Source: Candidatus Marinacidobacterales bacterium | GTDB lineage: Bacteria > Acidobacteriota > Vicinamibacteria > Marinacidobacterales > SMYC01 | Direction of reading: 5' to 3' | Length of the DNA stretch: 64,000 nt | Assembly: GCA_965224085.1 (NCBI GenBank) | Contig: CBDCYI010000004.1 | Location: 544,001 to 608,000 of the forward strand | Shown here: piece by piece, positions 11,546-21,789 of the stretch | How positions within the stretch are numbered: position 1 is the first letter of the stretch | Layout: each line of letters opens with the position of its first letter | Program-made: the position numbers and the translations under genes | Notes under the pieces: generated by a model | Database searches by the model: none | What the model was told of the DNA's origin: nothing | Seen by the model: the letters and a program-made list of their open reading frames with translations, nothing else

Positions 11546-11669
11546 CCAGTGCAGCACTATGTAGCCGACGGGCCCAGCCGAAAGAGCTGAAGGGGATGAT
11601 GGGCTCTTGCCAGTTGTACCAGATCGTGATCGGGATGCCTGCTTTGCGGTTCACGGCTAGGGCGCGCAC

Positions 11670-12261
11670 GAACTTTGTGAAACCCGGTGCCAAAATAGAC
11701 GAGCATCATTTGGAGTCCGATGAGCCGCGCTGGCCAGAAAGGGATCGTCTCTGCGAGCGGGAGCCCTTTTCGCCGACGCCAAAGCGCGCGGAGCGAGAAG
11801 ATTTCGTCGCAACGGCTGACACATATCAAGAGCGCGGTCTGCAGGAAGAGCCGGTCATAGGACGCATCGAGACGGTAGAGCTGCAGGTGGTAGAAGTAGA
11901 CGTAGAGCAGGAAATACGCGATGGCAGCAAAGCGCGTCCACCATCCCACGGTGAACAGCACGAGCGAGACGATGAGGGTAGTGTAGAGCGTCCACGTTGC
12001 CCAGAGGGGGATCGGCGTAAGCAGCCAGCCGAGGAGGTCGCGCGCACTGCCGACCTCGGAAAAAGCGGCTGGAGGATCAAAGAACGGGAAGTATACGCCG
12101 TCGGTCGAGAAGAGAAACGACACGTGCGGCGCTCGCAGCAGCCAGTAGACGAGGAAGAAGAGCCCGAGAAGGATTCGGAAGATCGCGAGACTCTCGGGAG
12201 GGCGCAGCTCGAACCAATAATCGTCCCACAGCTGCCACCAACGTTCCTCGAAATGCTTCAT
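11670..12261 (-). pseudogene. HTTM-domain membrane protein, 3'-truncated
   Basis: SLAIFRILLG, GWWTR, WPARLIGLQMMLVYFGTGFHK; family similarity is lost right after this motif. Confidence 0.7.
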
Positions 12262-12755
12262 GCTTCGCAAAGGAAGCTCATTTGACGCAAGTCGTAGAGG
12301 GTGAAGTAGCCATTAGGGCTCGCTGGCCAGCTCGCTCGGTACAGGCGCAACCGCGCAATCCTCAGTTCAGGGTCTCTACGCTGATAGATAGCCAGCAGCT
12401 TCCGTGCAACGTCATCACAGTCCCGCAGCAGCGGGGTCGTCAGCTCTCTTAATGATGCGCCACGAGGCATCGGGAAGAGTGCGTGGACGTCGAGCTCTCG
12501 CCACTCGGTTCGCGCGCTCGGATTCGCTCCGGGACGGACCTCGATCTCGGCAACGTAGCCAAACACGTAAAGAGACCATCCCGAGAATACTCGGAACATG
12601 CCGTTGTAAGTCCTTGCCAGTCGGGCGTTGGGCACTCGTACTCCCAGATCCGACAAGTTGACGATCGTGGCGAGGTCTACATAAATCACGGCGACGAAGA
12701 CGGCGGAGAGGACGGCGCGCCGTCCGGCACGGAAGTTTGATTCGGGTTTCGACAT
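12258..12755 (-). CDS. membrane-anchored hypothetical protein coupled to the HTTM gene
   Basis: N-terminal TM helix, soluble C-terminal domain; stop overlaps the HTTM start (ATGA). Confidence 0.6.
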   Translation of the reverse strand: MSKPESNFRAGRRAVLSAVFVAVIYVDLATIVNLSDLGVRVPNARLARTYNGMFRVFSGWSLYVFGYVAEIEVRPGANPSARTEWRELDVHALFPMPRGASLRELTTPLLRDCDDVARKLLAIYQRRDPELRIARLRLYRASWPASPNGYFTLYDLRQMSFLCEA

Positions 12756-12914
12756 AGAGTCCGGCCTCGAGACGGATCGCCCCCGCTGCATCCGATCCGT
12801 CGAAACTCAATGGTCGGCTAGACGGGCGGTCGGCGCCATACGAGGATGCGCATGACTCCAATAGTTTGCTTTCCTTCGTTGAGTGTGTTCGTGCGAAGAG
12901 GGCACCGGGCGCGG

Positions 12915-13170
12915 TCAAGCGAAGGATTGCTCGAATTGGCTCGGGCCACCGGCCATGAAGAGATAAATCTCATCGTTTACGAAAACGTCCATTTCGCCCG
13001 GTGTCGGCCCCATCCCTATCAGGTCGAGACTGACGCGTCGGATGAGCGTGCGGGGGTCTGCCTGAGGAGACGGTGTCAGCCCTCACCCTCGAGACTCGCC
13101 AAGACGAAGCGGTCGATCGGATTTCGGACTCGATCCTCGTCGAAAACGGCCGGCGGCGTAACCTCGTGAA
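12915..13170 (-). pseudogene. fused relic of DUF1549/DUF1553 (PSD1-type) and DUF1501 genes
   Basis: With one frameshift reads [46 protein letters not shown], then directly [13 protein letters not shown]. Confidence 0.65.
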
Positions 13171-13257
13171 ACGGCCGGTACGCCCAGTGCGGCTGCCTCG
13201 GAAAAGAGACGGCGTCATGTCCGTCCAATGCTATTCTCACGAAAGCGTCGTGACGTC

Positions 13258-15363
13258 ATGAAAGTCGTCCTTGCCGAAAAACCTTCCGTCGCTCGGGACA
13301 TCGCCCGCGTACTCGGCTGCCGCACAAGGGCCGACGGCCATTTGACCGGAAACGGCTATGCTATCACCTGGGCCTTCGGCCACCTCGTGGAGATCGCCGA
13401 GCCTGCCGCGATGAATCCAGCATGGGCGAAGCCCTGGAGAAAAGAACAGCTCCCGATGGTGCCTCCGCGGTGGAGGTACGAGGTCACGAAAGATGGAAAA
13501 CAGCAATTCGCCGTCATCAAGAAACTGCTGAACGCTCCAGATACCGCCGAGATCATCGCCGCGACCGACGCCGGACGAGAAGGTGAGCACATCTTCCGGC
13601 TCATCTATCAACGCTCGGGATCAAAAAAGCCCGTGAAGAGACTCTGGATTCGCTCCCTCACAGATGAAGCCATCCGCGAAGGCTTTCGTTCCCTCGAGCC
13701 GTCGGAAGCGTTCGACGCGCTGGCCGCAGCGGCCAGGTCCCGTGCGCATGCGGACTGGCTCATGGGCTTGAACTTCACCCGGGCCTACACCGTTCACAAC
13801 CGGCAGCTTTGCACCGTCGGACGTGTTCAGACACCGACTCTCGCGCTTCTCGTCAACCGCCATCACGAGATCCGAAACTTCGTACCCGAGACGTACTACG
13901 AAGTCCACGCCGTCCTCAAGCCCGGCTTCACCGCGAAATATGTCGGGAAGAACAAGAAGACCCGAATCGATGACAAGACGCTTGCGGTGCGGGTCTACGA
14001 GGACATCGCCGGCGTGCCGCTCGCCGAGGTCACGCGCGTCGAAACGAAGGACACCAGGACCCCCGCGCCGGCGCTCTTCGACCTTCTCACACTCCAGAAA
14101 GAAGCCAACAAGCGCTTCGGCACCACCGCCACCGAGACGCTTCAGATCGCTCAGTCACTCTACGAGAGGCACAAGCTCCTCTCCTATCCGAGGACGGAAT
14201 CCAGGCACCTCTCCCGCGACATCGTTCCCGGCCTGCCTGCCGTCATCGACGCCGCTCGGCACTCCTTCCCCGAGGCCTCCGCTCTTGCCGAAGCGCGTTT
14301 CCCGACGCCCAAGCTTCCGAAGAGCTACGTCGATGACACCAAGCTCACGGACCATCACGCCATCATCCCCACGCCGCGCGATCCACGAGGACTCCATCTC
14401 TCAGATAAGGAGCACAAAATTTACCGCTTGGTCGTCGCCCGTTTTCTCGCCATCTTTCTGCCGCCGCTCGTGAAGGCCGAGACCACGGCTCTGTTCGCCA
14501 TCGGCCCGCACACGTTTCGAGCGAAAGGCTCCGTCGTGAAGGAGCCCGGGTGGACGACCGTTCATTCTGCGAAGCCCGAAAGCAAAAAACGCAGCAAATC
14601 CACGGACGATTCCGACGACGAGAAAGCTCAGAGACTTCCGCCCCTCGAGAAGGGCGAGCGTTGTAAGAAACGCGCGCAGTCTCTCGAAACCCGGGTGACG
14701 AAGCCACCCAAACCCCACACCGACGCTTCGCTTCTCGACTCGATGAAAAAAGCGGGCGCTTCCATCGATGACGAAGACCTCGCAGCGACCATGAAGCGCT
14801 GCGGGCTTGGCACTGCCGCTACCCGGGCCGCCATCATCGAGCGGCTCCTCAAAACCAGCTATATCGAACGAAGCAAGAAGGTACTCCTACCGACCACCAA
14901 AGGCATGGACCTCGTCGCCCAGGTCGAAGAGGAGCTGCGTGACCCAGCCCTCACAGCCCAGTGGGAGCAGCGCTTGAAGGACATCGAGGATGGGGAGCTC
15001 GCCGCCGAGGCGTTCGAGGCCGATATCGTCACTCACCTGAAGTCTCTTCTGCCGAAAGTGTTTGCGGCCGCGCCCCTTGCCGGGGCGCGAGCGGTCGGAC
15101 TGGGCACGTGCCCGCTGTGCCAAAAAGGGATCGTTCGCGAAACGTCAAAGGCTTACGGCTGCAGCCGATGGAGAGAAGGATGCCCTTTCACCATCTGGAA
15201 GAGGATCGCCGGCAAGACGATCACATCGACGCAAGCCAAGCAGCTTCTCGACGGGAACAAGACGAGGAAGCTCAAGGGGTTCAAGAGCAAGAAGACCGGG
15301 AAGAAGTTCGACGCAGCTCTCACCCTCGACGAGAGCTCGAAGGTGCGATTCGTTTTTGAGTAG
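13258..15363 (+). CDS. topB: DNA topoisomerase III (type IA) with C-terminal zinc ribbon/repeat
   Basis: AEKPS, ATDAGREGE, GRVQTPTL, SYPRT (catalytic Tyr), DHHAIIPT, GLGTAATRA, CPLC...C...C, GFKSKKTGKKFDA. Confidence 0.92.
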   Translation: MKVVLAEKPSVARDIARVLGCRTRADGHLTGNGYAITWAFGHLVEIAEPAAMNPAWAKPWRKEQLPMVPPRWRYEVTKDGKQQFAVIKKLLNAPDTAEIIAATDAGREGEHIFRLIYQRSGSKKPVKRLWIRSLTDEAIREGFRSLEPSEAFDALAAAARSRAHADWLMGLNFTRAYTVHNRQLCTVGRVQTPTLALLVNRHHEIRNFVPETYYEVHAVLKPGFTAKYVGKNKKTRIDDKTLAVRVYEDIAGVPLAEVTRVETKDTRTPAPALFDLLTLQKEANKRFGTTATETLQIAQSLYERHKLLSYPRTESRHLSRDIVPGLPAVIDAARHSFPEASALAEARFPTPKLPKSYVDDTKLTDHHAIIPTPRDPRGLHLSDKEHKIYRLVVARFLAIFLPPLVKAETTALFAIGPHTFRAKGSVVKEPGWTTVHSAKPESKKRSKSTDDSDDEKAQRLPPLEKGERCKKRAQSLETRVTKPPKPHTDASLLDSMKKAGASIDDEDLAATMKRCGLGTAATRAAIIERLLKTSYIERSKKVLLPTTKGMDLVAQVEEELRDPALTAQWEQRLKDIEDGELAAEAFEADIVTHLKSLLPKVFAAAPLAGARAVGLGTCPLCQKGIVRETSKAYGCSRWREGCPFTIWKRIAGKTITSTQAKQLLDGNKTRKLKGFKSKKTGKKFDAALTLDESSKVRFVFE

Positions 15364-15522
15364 CCATACAAATCTGGACTTAGGTCATTGACGCACCGGC
15401 GTCGAGATCCGTAACACGGCTTACACCCAGCACGTCCGTCTCACTGGAAACCGGCGCCGTTTCCGTTTACACTCCCGGGCAGACGATCCTGATTGATTTT
15501 GTCCCCGGGATCCTCGCGAACG

Positions 15523-18519
15523 ATGCGCCTGTCTACTGGCCACCAGCTGGGGCCGTACCGGATTGTCTCACCGCTCGGTGCGGGAGGCATGGGGGAAGTC
15601 TATAGGGCGAAGGATGAGAAGCTCGACCGGGACGTGGCGATCAAAGTCCTCCCCGATCGCCTTGCTGAGGATTCGGAAGCTGGCGAACGCTTCGCGCGCG
15701 AGGCGAAGGCCCTCGCCGCACTCTCCCATCCGAACATACTGACCGTCTTCGCCTTCGCCTCGGAGGGTGGCATTGCCTATGCGGTCACCGAGCTGCTGGA
15801 AGGAGAAACGCTGGGCGAGCAATGGATGCGCGAGGGGGCCGGCGCCTGGCGCACGGTGCTGGACATCGGTCTCGCCGTGGCCGATGGTCTTGCCGTGGCA
15901 CATTCCAGGGGAATCACCCACCGCGACATCAAACCGGCGAATCTATTCTTGACCTCTGAGGGCATCATCAAAATCCTCGACTTCGGTCTTGCCAAGTCCA
16001 CGCATGCGCCACCGGTCTCGGATTCCCACGAGCGCGACACGCTGCCAACCGCTATACGTCCGGGGGAGCAGACCGCTGCCGGCGTCATTCTCGGAACCCC
16101 GGCTTTCATGTCACCCGAGCAGGCCAAGGGCAACCCAGCCTCCGCGGCGAGCGACGTGTTCTCGCTCGGTTGTGTGCTCTACCAGATGCTCACCGGTGTC
16201 TCTGCGTTCACGAGGGCGACGCCAACCGAGACACTCGCGGCAATCCTGCACGAGGAACCGGCCCGTTTCGAGGCAACGATGGCTGACATCCCGCGCGAGC
16301 TCCAGCGGATCGTGCGCAAGGCACTCGAGAAAGAGCCCGCGGACCGCTTCCCCAGCGCGGTCGAGCTCCGGGAGGAGCTCTCCGCTTTTCGCCAAAGAGT
16401 CGTCGACGCGGAGTCCGGCTCGGTGTGGCGCGTGCTTCGAAGACCTCGCGTCGCGGTTCCGGCGCTCGTCGCGCTCCTCCTTATTGCCGGCTTCCTCCTT
16501 CTCTTCGCCCGGCGCACCGCACGCGAGAATTGGGCCCGCCAAGAGGCTCTTGCTGAAGTCATGCGCTTTATCGAAGAGAAAGAGTACGGCCGGGCCTTCG
16601 GGCTGGCGCGCGAAGTCGAGGGCGTCATCCCTGACGATCCCCTGCTCCTTGGTTTGTGGAACCAGATGAGCAGCACCGTCACCTTCAAGACCGTGCCCAC
16701 GGGCGCGGACGTCTTCTACCGAGAGAATGCTCCAGAGTCCGAGTGGCGCCTCCTGGGACCCTCTCCCATCGATGATCGCCGCCTGCCTCTCGGAGGCTTT
16801 CGTCTTCGGATCGAGAAGGAGGGTTTCGAGCCGCGCGAGATCCTTTCGGCCTTGTCGTATGCGCACGAGGACAAGAGCTTCGAGCCGCTGCCTTCGTTCT
16901 CGACGCCAGCGGCGCGCAACCGGATGATCGTTCGTCTCGACACGAAGGGAAGCGTGCCCCCCGGGATGGTCGCCGTCGACGGTGGGCGCTACCTGGTGCC
17001 TTTGACCGGTTACCCGATAGATGACGTCACGCTCGAGCCGTATTTCATCGATCGTACCGAAGTCACCAACGCCGCGTTCAAGGAGTTCGTCGACGCGGGA
17101 AGCTACCAGCAACAGGAGTACTGGCGGCACGCGTTTCGACGAGGTGGCCGGACCTTGACGTGGGAAGAGGCGATGATCCAGCTCGTCGACGCCACCGGCC
17201 GCCCCGGGCCTGCGACGTGGGAAGTAGGCGACTACCCCGCCGGCCAGGATGACTATCCGGTAGGCGGCGTGAGCTGGTACGAGGCGGCCGCCTACGCTGC
17301 CTTCCGAGGCAAGAGTCTGCCCACGCTGTATCACTGGGTCCGCGCCGCACTCCCTAGCAGCGAGCATGTGATGTCCCTGAGCCCGGAGATCGTTCCGCTG
17401 AGCAACTTCGGGAGCGACAGCGCCGCTCCGGTGGGATCCTATCCAGGCATCGGCGCCTCCGGTGCCGTCGATCTCGCGGGGAACCTGCGCGCGTGGGGCT
17501 TCAACGCTTCGGGGGAGAACCGTTTCTCTCTCGGCGGCGCATGGAACGAACCCGTCTATACCTTCACTCGGCCGGCCCGCATGGATCCGTTCGACCGCGC
17601 CGCCATCAATGGTTTTCGATGCATGAAAGAGCGCGACGGGGAGACGCCGGAAGAGCAGAGAGCATCTATCGATTTCTATGCGTTGGGAGGCCTGTCTGAC
17701 GAGATCTTCGCCGTTTACAAGGGACTCTTCTCGTATGGCGCAACGCCTCTGAATCCGGCTCTCGAATCGGCCGACGACACTCCAGCTGATTGGAAACGAG
17801 AGAGCGTGTCCATCGATGCCGCTTACGGTGGCGAGCGATTCACGGTACATCTCGACTTGCCGAAACGAGCCTCGCCCCCTTACCAGGCGGTCGTCTATTT
17901 GCCCGGCAGCAACGCCCTCGAACAATCGACGTTCGCTGACATGTATTGGGAGCGGTTCGACTACATTCCGAGGAGCGGCCGCGTGCTCGTTCGGCCCGTT
18001 CTGGCCGACATGTACGAGCGTTCCAAGAGCATCGGACCAGAAACGAGGCAGGCGGTCGTGGCGCGCGACGCCAAATGGGTACAGGATCTGGGACGGACGC
18101 TGGACTATCTCGAAACGCGCGGTGACATCGATATCGCCAAAGTCGCGTATATGGGCCTGAGCCGCGGCGCAGCTCTGGCTCCAGTCATGCTCGTCTACGA
18201 AGAACGATTCAAAGTCGCCGTGCTCCTCGCTGGCGGCATGAGAAGCGGCGAACTCCCTCCCCGCCTGGTACCGCGGATCACCGTACCCTTGCTACTGCTC
18301 GCCGGCCGGTATGACTACATCTTCCCGGTCGAGACCCGACAAACGCCGCTCATGGATCTCCTGGCAACGCCCGACGAGGACAAGCGCCACGTTATCTTCG
18401 AAGCTGGCCACCTGCCCCTTCCCAGAGCCGAGATGATCCGTGAGACCCTTGAGTGGCTCGACCGCTACCAAAATCCTGTCGTGCCGCTCACTCGGCCATC
18501 CAGTTGTTCAGAACAGTAA
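15523..18519 (+). CDS. Ser/Thr protein kinase fused to FGE-sulfatase-like domain and alpha/beta hydrolase
   Basis: GAGGMGEV, VAIK, HRDIKPAN, DFG; TM helix; EVTN, PVGGVSWYEA, DLAGN, GFRC; GLSRG, GRYD, EAGH. Confidence 0.9.
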   Translation: MRLSTGHQLGPYRIVSPLGAGGMGEVYRAKDEKLDRDVAIKVLPDRLAEDSEAGERFAREAKALAALSHPNILTVFAFASEGGIAYAVTELLEGETLGEQWMREGAGAWRTVLDIGLAVADGLAVAHSRGITHRDIKPANLFLTSEGIIKILDFGLAKSTHAPPVSDSHERDTLPTAIRPGEQTAAGVILGTPAFMSPEQAKGNPASAASDVFSLGCVLYQMLTGVSAFTRATPTETLAAILHEEPARFEATMADIPRELQRIVRKALEKEPADRFPSAVELREELSAFRQRVVDAESGSVWRVLRRPRVAVPALVALLLIAGFLLLFARRTARENWARQEALAEVMRFIEEKEYGRAFGLAREVEGVIPDDPLLLGLWNQMSSTVTFKTVPTGADVFYRENAPESEWRLLGPSPIDDRRLPLGGFRLRIEKEGFEPREILSALSYAHEDKSFEPLPSFSTPAARNRMIVRLDTKGSVPPGMVAVDGGRYLVPLTGYPIDDVTLEPYFIDRTEVTNAAFKEFVDAGSYQQQEYWRHAFRRGGRTLTWEEAMIQLVDATGRPGPATWEVGDYPAGQDDYPVGGVSWYEAAAYAAFRGKSLPTLYHWVRAALPSSEHVMSLSPEIVPLSNFGSDSAAPVGSYPGIGASGAVDLAGNLRAWGFNASGENRFSLGGAWNEPVYTFTRPARMDPFDRAAINGFRCMKERDGETPEEQRASIDFYALGGLSDEIFAVYKGLFSYGATPLNPALESADDTPADWKRESVSIDAAYGGERFTVHLDLPKRASPPYQAVVYLPGSNALEQSTFADMYWERFDYIPRSGRVLVRPVLADMYERSKSIGPETRQAVVARDAKWVQDLGRTLDYLETRGDIDIAKVAYMGLSRGAALAPVMLVYEERFKVAVLLAGGMRSGELPPRLVPRITVPLLLLAGRYDYIFPVETRQTPLMDLLATPDEDKRHVIFEAGHLPLPRAEMIRETLEWLDRYQNPVVPLTRPSSCSEQ

Positions 18520-18552
18520 GGCGTTCCCCTGAATCAAAGAAAGGACCTCGCA

Positions 18553-20190
18553 ATGGATCGTAGACGTTTCCTAGGCTATTCGGCGCTTGGCGGTGCAACG
18601 CTTCTAAGCGGACCGATCGGATGCGCCCCGGCTCATGCCCCGGAGGACTCTTCTATGACCCGGCAGACCGGCAACGAACCGTTCGAGCTTCATGAAGCTA
18701 CCGTTGCCGAGCTTCAAGAAGGCATGGAGTCTGGACAGCTGACGGCTCGCGCTATCACTGAAATGTATCTCGCTCGTATCGAGGCGCTCGATCGCCAAGG
18801 ACCGGAATTGCGGTCCATCATCGAGACCAATCCCGAGGCCTTTTCAATCGCAGATCAATTGGATGCGGAACGCCAGTCCAGCGGACCGCGCGGTCCCCTT
18901 CACGGAGTCCCAGTCGCCATCAAAGACAACATCGATACGCACGATCAGATGACCACCACCGCGGGCTCTCTGGCGCTCGAGGGCTCGATCCCGCCACAAG
19001 ACTCTTTCGTAGCGCAGAAACTCCGGGAAGCGGGCGCGATCATCCTGGCCAAGGCCAACATGAGCGAATGGGCTTACTGGCGAGGATTCAAAGCTTCCAG
19101 TGGCTGGAGCGGACGCGGCGGGCAATGCCGGAACGCCTACGCGCTCGATAGGAATCCGTGCGGATCCAGCTCTGGCTCGGGCGTGGCGGCCTCCGCCAAT
19201 CTTGTCGCGCTAACTATCGGAACGGAGACCGGAGGGTCCATCATGTGTCCTTCCTCGATCAACGGCCTCGTCGGCATCAAGCCCACCGTCGGTCTTTGGA
19301 GCCGTTCCGGCATCATCCCCATCTCGCATTCCCAGGACACCGCGGGACCGATGACGCGAACTTTGAGGGACGGAGCCGTTCTCCTCGGTGCTATCACCGG
19401 TGTCGACCCGCGAGACGAGGCCACCGCAGCGAGCGAGGGCAACGCCCACACCGATTACACCCAGTTTCTGGACTCGGACGGATTGAGAGGCGCACGCATC
19501 GGCGTCGCACGCAACTTTCCCGGTTTCGACGAGCGCGTCCTCGCCGTGTTCGACCAGGCCGTCGAAGACTTGAAAGCCGCCGGGGCCGAAGTGGTCGACC
19601 CGGCCAACATTCCCAGCATGGACAACGCCCACTGGTACTCGGAGCTCCCAACGCGGGTGCTCAACTATGAGTTCAAAGCGAACATAAATAAATACTTCGA
19701 AAGTCTCGGCCCGAATGCGCCCGTGAAAAGCCTGACCGAGCTCATCGCCTTCAACAACGAGAACCGGGATCGTGAGATGCCATTTTTCGGCCAGGAGCGC
19801 CTCATCGCCTCCGAAGAAGCGGGGCCACTCACCGACCCGGCATACCTCGAGGCCCTCAGCACCGTCCAGCGACAGGCCCGCACCGAAGGTATCGATTCCC
19901 TGGTGAACGAGCACAACCTCGATGCGATCGTCGCACCGACGAGGGATCCAGCCTGGCTGACGGACCACATCATGGGTGACCGTCTACAAGGCGGTTCGAG
20001 CGCTGGAGTGGCCGCCATCGCCGGCTACCCGGACATCTCTATCCCCATGGGATTCGTGTCCGGTCTGCCCGTCGGCATTTCCTTCTTCGGGGCCCGGTGG
20101 AGCGAACCGACGTTGCTGAAAGTTGCGTACGGCTACGAGCAGGCGACGAACCGCCGACAGGCACCGACGTTTGTAGAGACGCTAGGATAG
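18553..20190 (+). CDS. Tat-exported amidase (amidase signature family)
   Basis: MDRRRFL signal, HGVPVAIKD, GSSSGS, GTETGGSI. Confidence 0.92.
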   Translation: MDRRRFLGYSALGGATLLSGPIGCAPAHAPEDSSMTRQTGNEPFELHEATVAELQEGMESGQLTARAITEMYLARIEALDRQGPELRSIIETNPEAFSIADQLDAERQSSGPRGPLHGVPVAIKDNIDTHDQMTTTAGSLALEGSIPPQDSFVAQKLREAGAIILAKANMSEWAYWRGFKASSGWSGRGGQCRNAYALDRNPCGSSSGSGVAASANLVALTIGTETGGSIMCPSSINGLVGIKPTVGLWSRSGIIPISHSQDTAGPMTRTLRDGAVLLGAITGVDPRDEATAASEGNAHTDYTQFLDSDGLRGARIGVARNFPGFDERVLAVFDQAVEDLKAAGAEVVDPANIPSMDNAHWYSELPTRVLNYEFKANINKYFESLGPNAPVKSLTELIAFNNENRDREMPFFGQERLIASEEAGPLTDPAYLEALSTVQRQARTEGIDSLVNEHNLDAIVAPTRDPAWLTDHIMGDRLQGGSSAGVAAIAGYPDISIPMGFVSGLPVGISFFGARWSEPTLLKVAYGYEQATNRRQAPTFVETLG

Positions 20191-20218
20191 GACAAGAGCG
20201 ACCAAAACCCTCCCCGAC

Positions 20219-20713
20219 TCAGTTCAAGACATCGAATTGGTGCGTGTACTTCACGATGAAGCTTCGGCTCTGGGGGCCGACGCGAAAATCACCCAAGCCT
20301 TCCGTGTCGTTGTACACGACGAAGAGCCCCGAAGGACGAAGGGCGTAAAGCTGTAAAGACCGTTTGAAACGAGTCCATATCGTTTAGGCCGGCATCACGC
20401 CGGCTATCGGTGACAACGATGCCGGACGGGTCGCGGTCGTAGCAGATCACACCAACGTAGATGAAGGCCTCATCGTAGAGAATGCGGACTTCGGTTTTAT
20501 CAGACGCAGGCTCCCCTTCGAGGGGCTCGGCCTGAACGAAATCTGTGAGCACCGGAGCGATAGATCAAGCGCCTTCGTCGACGACGCCGTCAATGACCGG
20601 CGTTTCCTCATGGACTTTGGCCGCAAACGCCTCGCGGCGCTCCACTTCCTGTGCCGAAGCAAAAGAGGCAGCCGACAGCAAAGCTGCAGGCCGAGGCCCC
20701 TGGCGCGGGGCAT
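20219..20713 (-). pseudogene. CBM9-like/DUF5916 protein collapsed by internal deletion
   Basis: N-terminal TDFVQAEP..GEPASDKTEVRILYD..IYVG joined to C-terminal GLFVVYND...RSFIVKYTHQFDVLN*; additional frameshifts. Confidence 0.7.
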
Positions 20714-20784
20714 GGTGTCGGTCATTCTAGCGAAAACGTCGTGCAAAAGTGGTTATCGCACCCAATCCCCGCTAAACTGCTCCC

Positions 20785-21240
20785 ATGGCCAAGAAAAAAG
20801 ACGACCCTTTGGACGCACTAAAGACCTCCGCGAACAAGGTTTGGCTCGCCGGCCTCGCACTGGCGCAGGCGGGAAAACAGGGCGACAAGCTTTTCAAAAC
20901 GCTCGTAAAAAAAGGCAAGAAATACGAAGACCTGATTCCGACGTCGTCGGGTGATGTCAAAGATACCGTCGACGCTGCCAAAAAGCAGGCTTCCGAGACC
21001 TACAACAGCATGGAAGCCGCCTTCGATCGCCAAGTCGCAAAAGCTCTGAAGCGAGCGGGCGTGGCTCGGCAGAAAGAAGTCAACGCTTTGAAGAAAGAGG
21101 TCGCGAAGCTGAAGCGCGGGGCGAAGGGCAAAGCCGCCAAGGCGAAAAAAGCAGGCAACAAGAAGAAAAAGACGGCCGCCAAAAAGAAGGCCACCAGCCA
21201 GAAGAAAGCCACCGCGCGCCCGAGTACGAAAAAAGCTTGA
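20785..21240 (+). CDS. phasin-family (PhaF-like) protein with Lys/Ala-rich tail
   Basis: KVWLAGL, G.KLFKTLVKKG, FDRQVAKAL, histone-H1-like AAKKK tail. Confidence 0.8.
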   Translation: MAKKKDDPLDALKTSANKVWLAGLALAQAGKQGDKLFKTLVKKGKKYEDLIPTSSGDVKDTVDAAKKQASETYNSMEAAFDRQVAKALKRAGVARQKEVNALKKEVAKLKRGAKGKAAKAKKAGNKKKKTAAKKKATSQKKATARPSTKKA

Positions 21241-21249
21241 CGTTTAGTG

Positions 21250-21787
21250 TCTCTTCCGGGGATGGTCGAAACCCCTCGCCTTTAGGCGAAGAGAAGATCG
21301 TGGTATTGTGGTCGCGTGCGTCACTACAGGCACGGAGCGCACACGAAAACGGACCTAAAAGCGCACATCGTTTGGATACCGAAATATCGTAAAAAGGTTT
21401 TGATCGGTCCAGTAGCGGTTCGTGTGCGCGATCTGATTCGTCAGATCGCGATGGAACATGAGCTGCACATAATCTCGGGTAAGGTTGCACGCGACCACGT
21501 CCACGTGTTCGTATCCTACCGACCACACCAGGACCTGAGTACGATCGTGCAGTGGCTAAAAGGAATAAGCTCCCGAGTACTCCTTCAGGAGTTTGCTCAC
21601 CTGAGGAAGAAGTTTTGGGGCCGGCACTTCTGGGCCCGAGGATATCTGGCGGTGAGTTCAGGAAGCATAACGGACGAGATGGTAAAGGAGTACATAGACT
21701 CCCAGGATGGCGAGCCTCTTCACGACGACAGTCAATTTCCAATTGACAGCCCTTGAAGCCACCGCCTTCTAGGCGGTGGTTGTTCAC
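21250..21787 (+). mobile_element. IS200-type element (TnpA only)
   Basis: Subterminal hairpins TCGCCTTTAGGCGA (~21276) and CCACCGCCTTCTAGGCGGTGG (21759-21779), ending TTCAC; left boundary approximate. Confidence 0.8.
21316..21756 (+). CDS. tnpA: IS200/IS605 family Y1 transposase
   Basis: HIVWIPKYR, DHVH (HUH), LKGISSR, FWARGY, YI catalytic Tyr. Confidence 0.95.
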   Translation: MRHYRHGAHTKTDLKAHIVWIPKYRKKVLIGPVAVRVRDLIRQIAMEHELHIISGKVARDHVHVFVSYRPHQDLSTIVQWLKGISSRVLLQEFAHLRKKFWGRHFWARGYLAVSSGSITDEMVKEYIDSQDGEPLHDDSQFPIDSP

Positions 21788-21789
21788 TT

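Noticed and set aside
13258-15363. topB as marker of an integrative conjugative element
   Set aside because: No relaxase, T4SS, integrase or att sites in the window.
16111-17925. 604-aa antisense ORF (likewise 53584-55371, 5771-6973, 61216-62355)
   Set aside because: Shadow ORFs opposite well-supported genes, expected in high-GC DNA; no recognisable motifs.
21316-21787. TnpB/omegaRNA-guided nuclease system
   Set aside because: The right-end hairpin follows tnpA immediately; there is no tnpB ORF.
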